NCBI GenBank assembly: GCA_965603825.1
Contig: CBFDEM010000053.1
Coordinates: 1,116,001 to 1,180,000 of the forward strand
DNA from: Blepharisma stoltei ATCC 30299
Lineage: Eukaryota > Protista > Ciliophora
Length of the DNA stretch: 64,000 nt
Direction of reading: 5' to 3'
Part shown: positions 62,486-64,000 of the stretch, one piece after another
How the letters are laid out: every line of letters starts with the position of its first letter
Numbering within the stretch: position 1 is the first letter of the stretch
Position numbers and translations under genes: made by a program
The notes under the pieces: model-generated
What the model was told of the DNA's origin: nothing
The model's input: the letters and a program-made list of their open reading frames with translations, nothing else
Database searches by the model: none

Positions 62486-63904
62486 TTAATATCTAGCAAA
62501 CTTTTCCATTGCTTGGCCTATCCACTGATTGATCATTGCGACTTCTCTGGAGCGTGCATAGATAACAGACTGAGGATCTCTTGGGTTAGGAGTTCTTAAG
62601 TCCAAATGATGAGCTCCTCCTTTGATTCCAATAACTGTAGTTTGATCATTAATAGGTTCCTGTATGCACCCACCTCCCCATGGATCAAGAGTTCCATAAG
62701 AAAATACAATATTTGAAGCTGAAGCCAGAGTAACATTGACATCAAATGTCCCCATTCCATAGTTTATAGGTGCCCAATCAGGTCTCGGCTGAACTCCAAA
62801 TAATCCTTGGCACATCTTAGCCCATTGCTGGTAATTCCAAGGTCTCACTGGGTACATATCATTAGGCAGCCCATATTGGCCTAATGGGAAAATAAGCTCG
62901 GTGCAAGTTTGGTAAGTCCATGGGTCTAGGCCACTTCCTTCACCTCCATAGATATCGAAACAAGTTAAGTTTCCAGTCCAGTTATAAACCAAATTATTAA
63001 TCTGAGCAAAGCCCATCAAAGCTTGCCACATGTTTTCATTCTGAGAAAATTGAGACATAATGGAGCATGACACATTCACAGGGAATCCTGGCAAAAGGCC
63101 TCCTACATTGGCAGGGTATGGGTAATCAAGCTGCGACATGTCTTGGAAAGCGCCTGTAATGAAATCTTCTAAAGCTAGCACGTCACCTTGCTCTTGTATT
63201 GACTGGCATGGGTTGAAAATGTTTTCAAGGGCTGTATAAGTTAAAGGCCTGTCAATAAAGTTATCTAGGATGAGGAATCCATTGTGGATGTTCCCTTCAC
63301 AGTCTCTTTCTACATTGAAATAGTCGTTTGTGCTGATTCTTGCATAAGAAGTACCATTAACGTCTTGAGGCATTAAAACAGGGGCAGAGCTCGCGATGGC
63401 ACCGTCCACAAATTGTGGATACTTAACGCGGAAGTAAGCTGCAAGCATCCCACCGTATGAGCCTCCAAATACAATAACTGGGGTTGAGTTGCTTGGCTTT
63501 AGCTGCTGGATGATGTCAGCGAAATCCCAAAGGACTTGGTCAGTGCTCAGGTATTTCCATGAAAATGGGCTTGGGATTGATTCACCATAGTATCGATGCT
63601 CAATAAACGCAACTGATGCATTGTATTGTGGACCAAGGGTACCAACAAGCCACCCAGTCATTTGATAAAATTGAGTGATTGGGCCTTCATTGCCAGTGTA
63701 AACAAAGAGAGGTGCGGTAGGGCTTCCCTGACTGAAAAGCACTCGGATGTTAATTGTGCCTGGATCTCTATTGATGTGATCTAGTTGCTCAGTAAACCAG
63801 AGTGTTTTATAATTCGGACCAATCTCAAGCGGCTCATCATTATTGAGTCTTGTAAGGCGTTTTGAGAAAACACCTAAGAAAAGTGTGAAAAAGAGTGGCA
63901 CCAT
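62486..63904 (-). CDS. Serine peptidase family S28 (lysosomal Pro-X carboxypeptidase-like)
   Basis: Signal peptide, QLDH, YTGNEG, EHRYYGES, GGSYGGML, YQTCTE, LDPW and AHHLDLR. Confidence 0.95.
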   Translation of the reverse strand: MVPLFFTLFLGVFSKRLTRLNNDEPLEIGPNYKTLWFTEQLDHINRDPGTINIRVLFSQGSPTAPLFVYTGNEGPITQFYQMTGWLVGTLGPQYNASVAFIEHRYYGESIPSPFSWKYLSTDQVLWDFADIIQQLKPSNSTPVIVFGGSYGGMLAAYFRVKYPQFVDGAIASSAPVLMPQDVNGTSYARISTNDYFNVERDCEGNIHNGFLILDNFIDRPLTYTALENIFNPCQSIQEQGDVLALEDFITGAFQDMSQLDYPYPANVGGLLPGFPVNVSCSIMSQFSQNENMWQALMGFAQINNLVYNWTGNLTCFDIYGGEGSGLDPWTYQTCTELIFPLGQYGLPNDMYPVRPWNYQQWAKMCQGLFGVQPRPDWAPINYGMGTFDVNVTLASASNIVFSYGTLDPWGGGCIQEPINDQTTVIGIKGGAHHLDLRTPNPRDPQSVIYARSREVAMINQWIGQAMEKFARY

Positions 63905-64000
63905 TTATTTCTCCCAGACTTTAGGAAAAGCTTTAGGTATTCATTCAGCGCAAATAAATCAACAGCTGATTTTATGTGAAATTTTGTGATGTTATTGGTG

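Noticed and set aside
1-64000. Mass pseudogenisation or selenoprotein genes as the explanation for in-frame TGA
   Set aside because: TGA falls at Trp rather than Cys positions, reading frames are otherwise intact, and essential genes such as RPN5 are affected.
1-64000. Mycoplasma or mitochondrial (table 4) origin, or an ambiguous all-stop code
   Set aside because: The genes are nuclear eukaryotic with spliceosomal introns. In-frame TAA/TAG occur only at gene ends or inside 15-nt introns, so UAR is not reassigned.

Overview
AT-rich, gene-dense eukaryotic DNA, not prokaryotic. It reads as ciliate somatic (macronuclear) sequence, most likely a heterotrich of the Blepharisma type. The supplied ORF track is badly fragmented for two reasons. 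First, TGA is read as Trp while TAA/TAG remain stops: TGA sits at invariant Trp positions (kinase DxWSxG, MORN YxGxW, kelch, CID, IQ and FAR motifs) and aligns with TGG in a tandem paralogue. Second, genes carry tiny 15-nt GT-AG introns with an A fixed 6 nt from the 3' end. Re-reading with these rules gives about 40 compact genes: ATG2 (partial), a receptor-like TPR protein, SERBP1-like, acid sphingomyelinase, LSM14, TMEM94-like, four MORN proteins, two kelch proteins, two oversized CD36-family paralogues, Alba, a RAP-domain protein, RACK1, RPN5, NTF2, a FAR-acyltransferase fusion, NDUFA8-like, a CID protein, ING, a DHHC PAT, a kinase, CFAP298, an ALMS-motif protein, PEX11, Vma22-like and an S28 peptidase. 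The most notable oddities are a CFAP298 intron that only works as a 16-nt GT-GG intron, strongly gene-specific avoidance of TGA-Trp, head-to-head genes with start codons 11 bp apart, an unannotated structured-RNA candidate at ~18.8 kb, and two homopolymer frameshifts. The recoding and tiny introns are already known for this lineage. I see no mobile element, CRISPR array or clearly new multi-gene system. All family calls are motif recognition by eye, with no database search.
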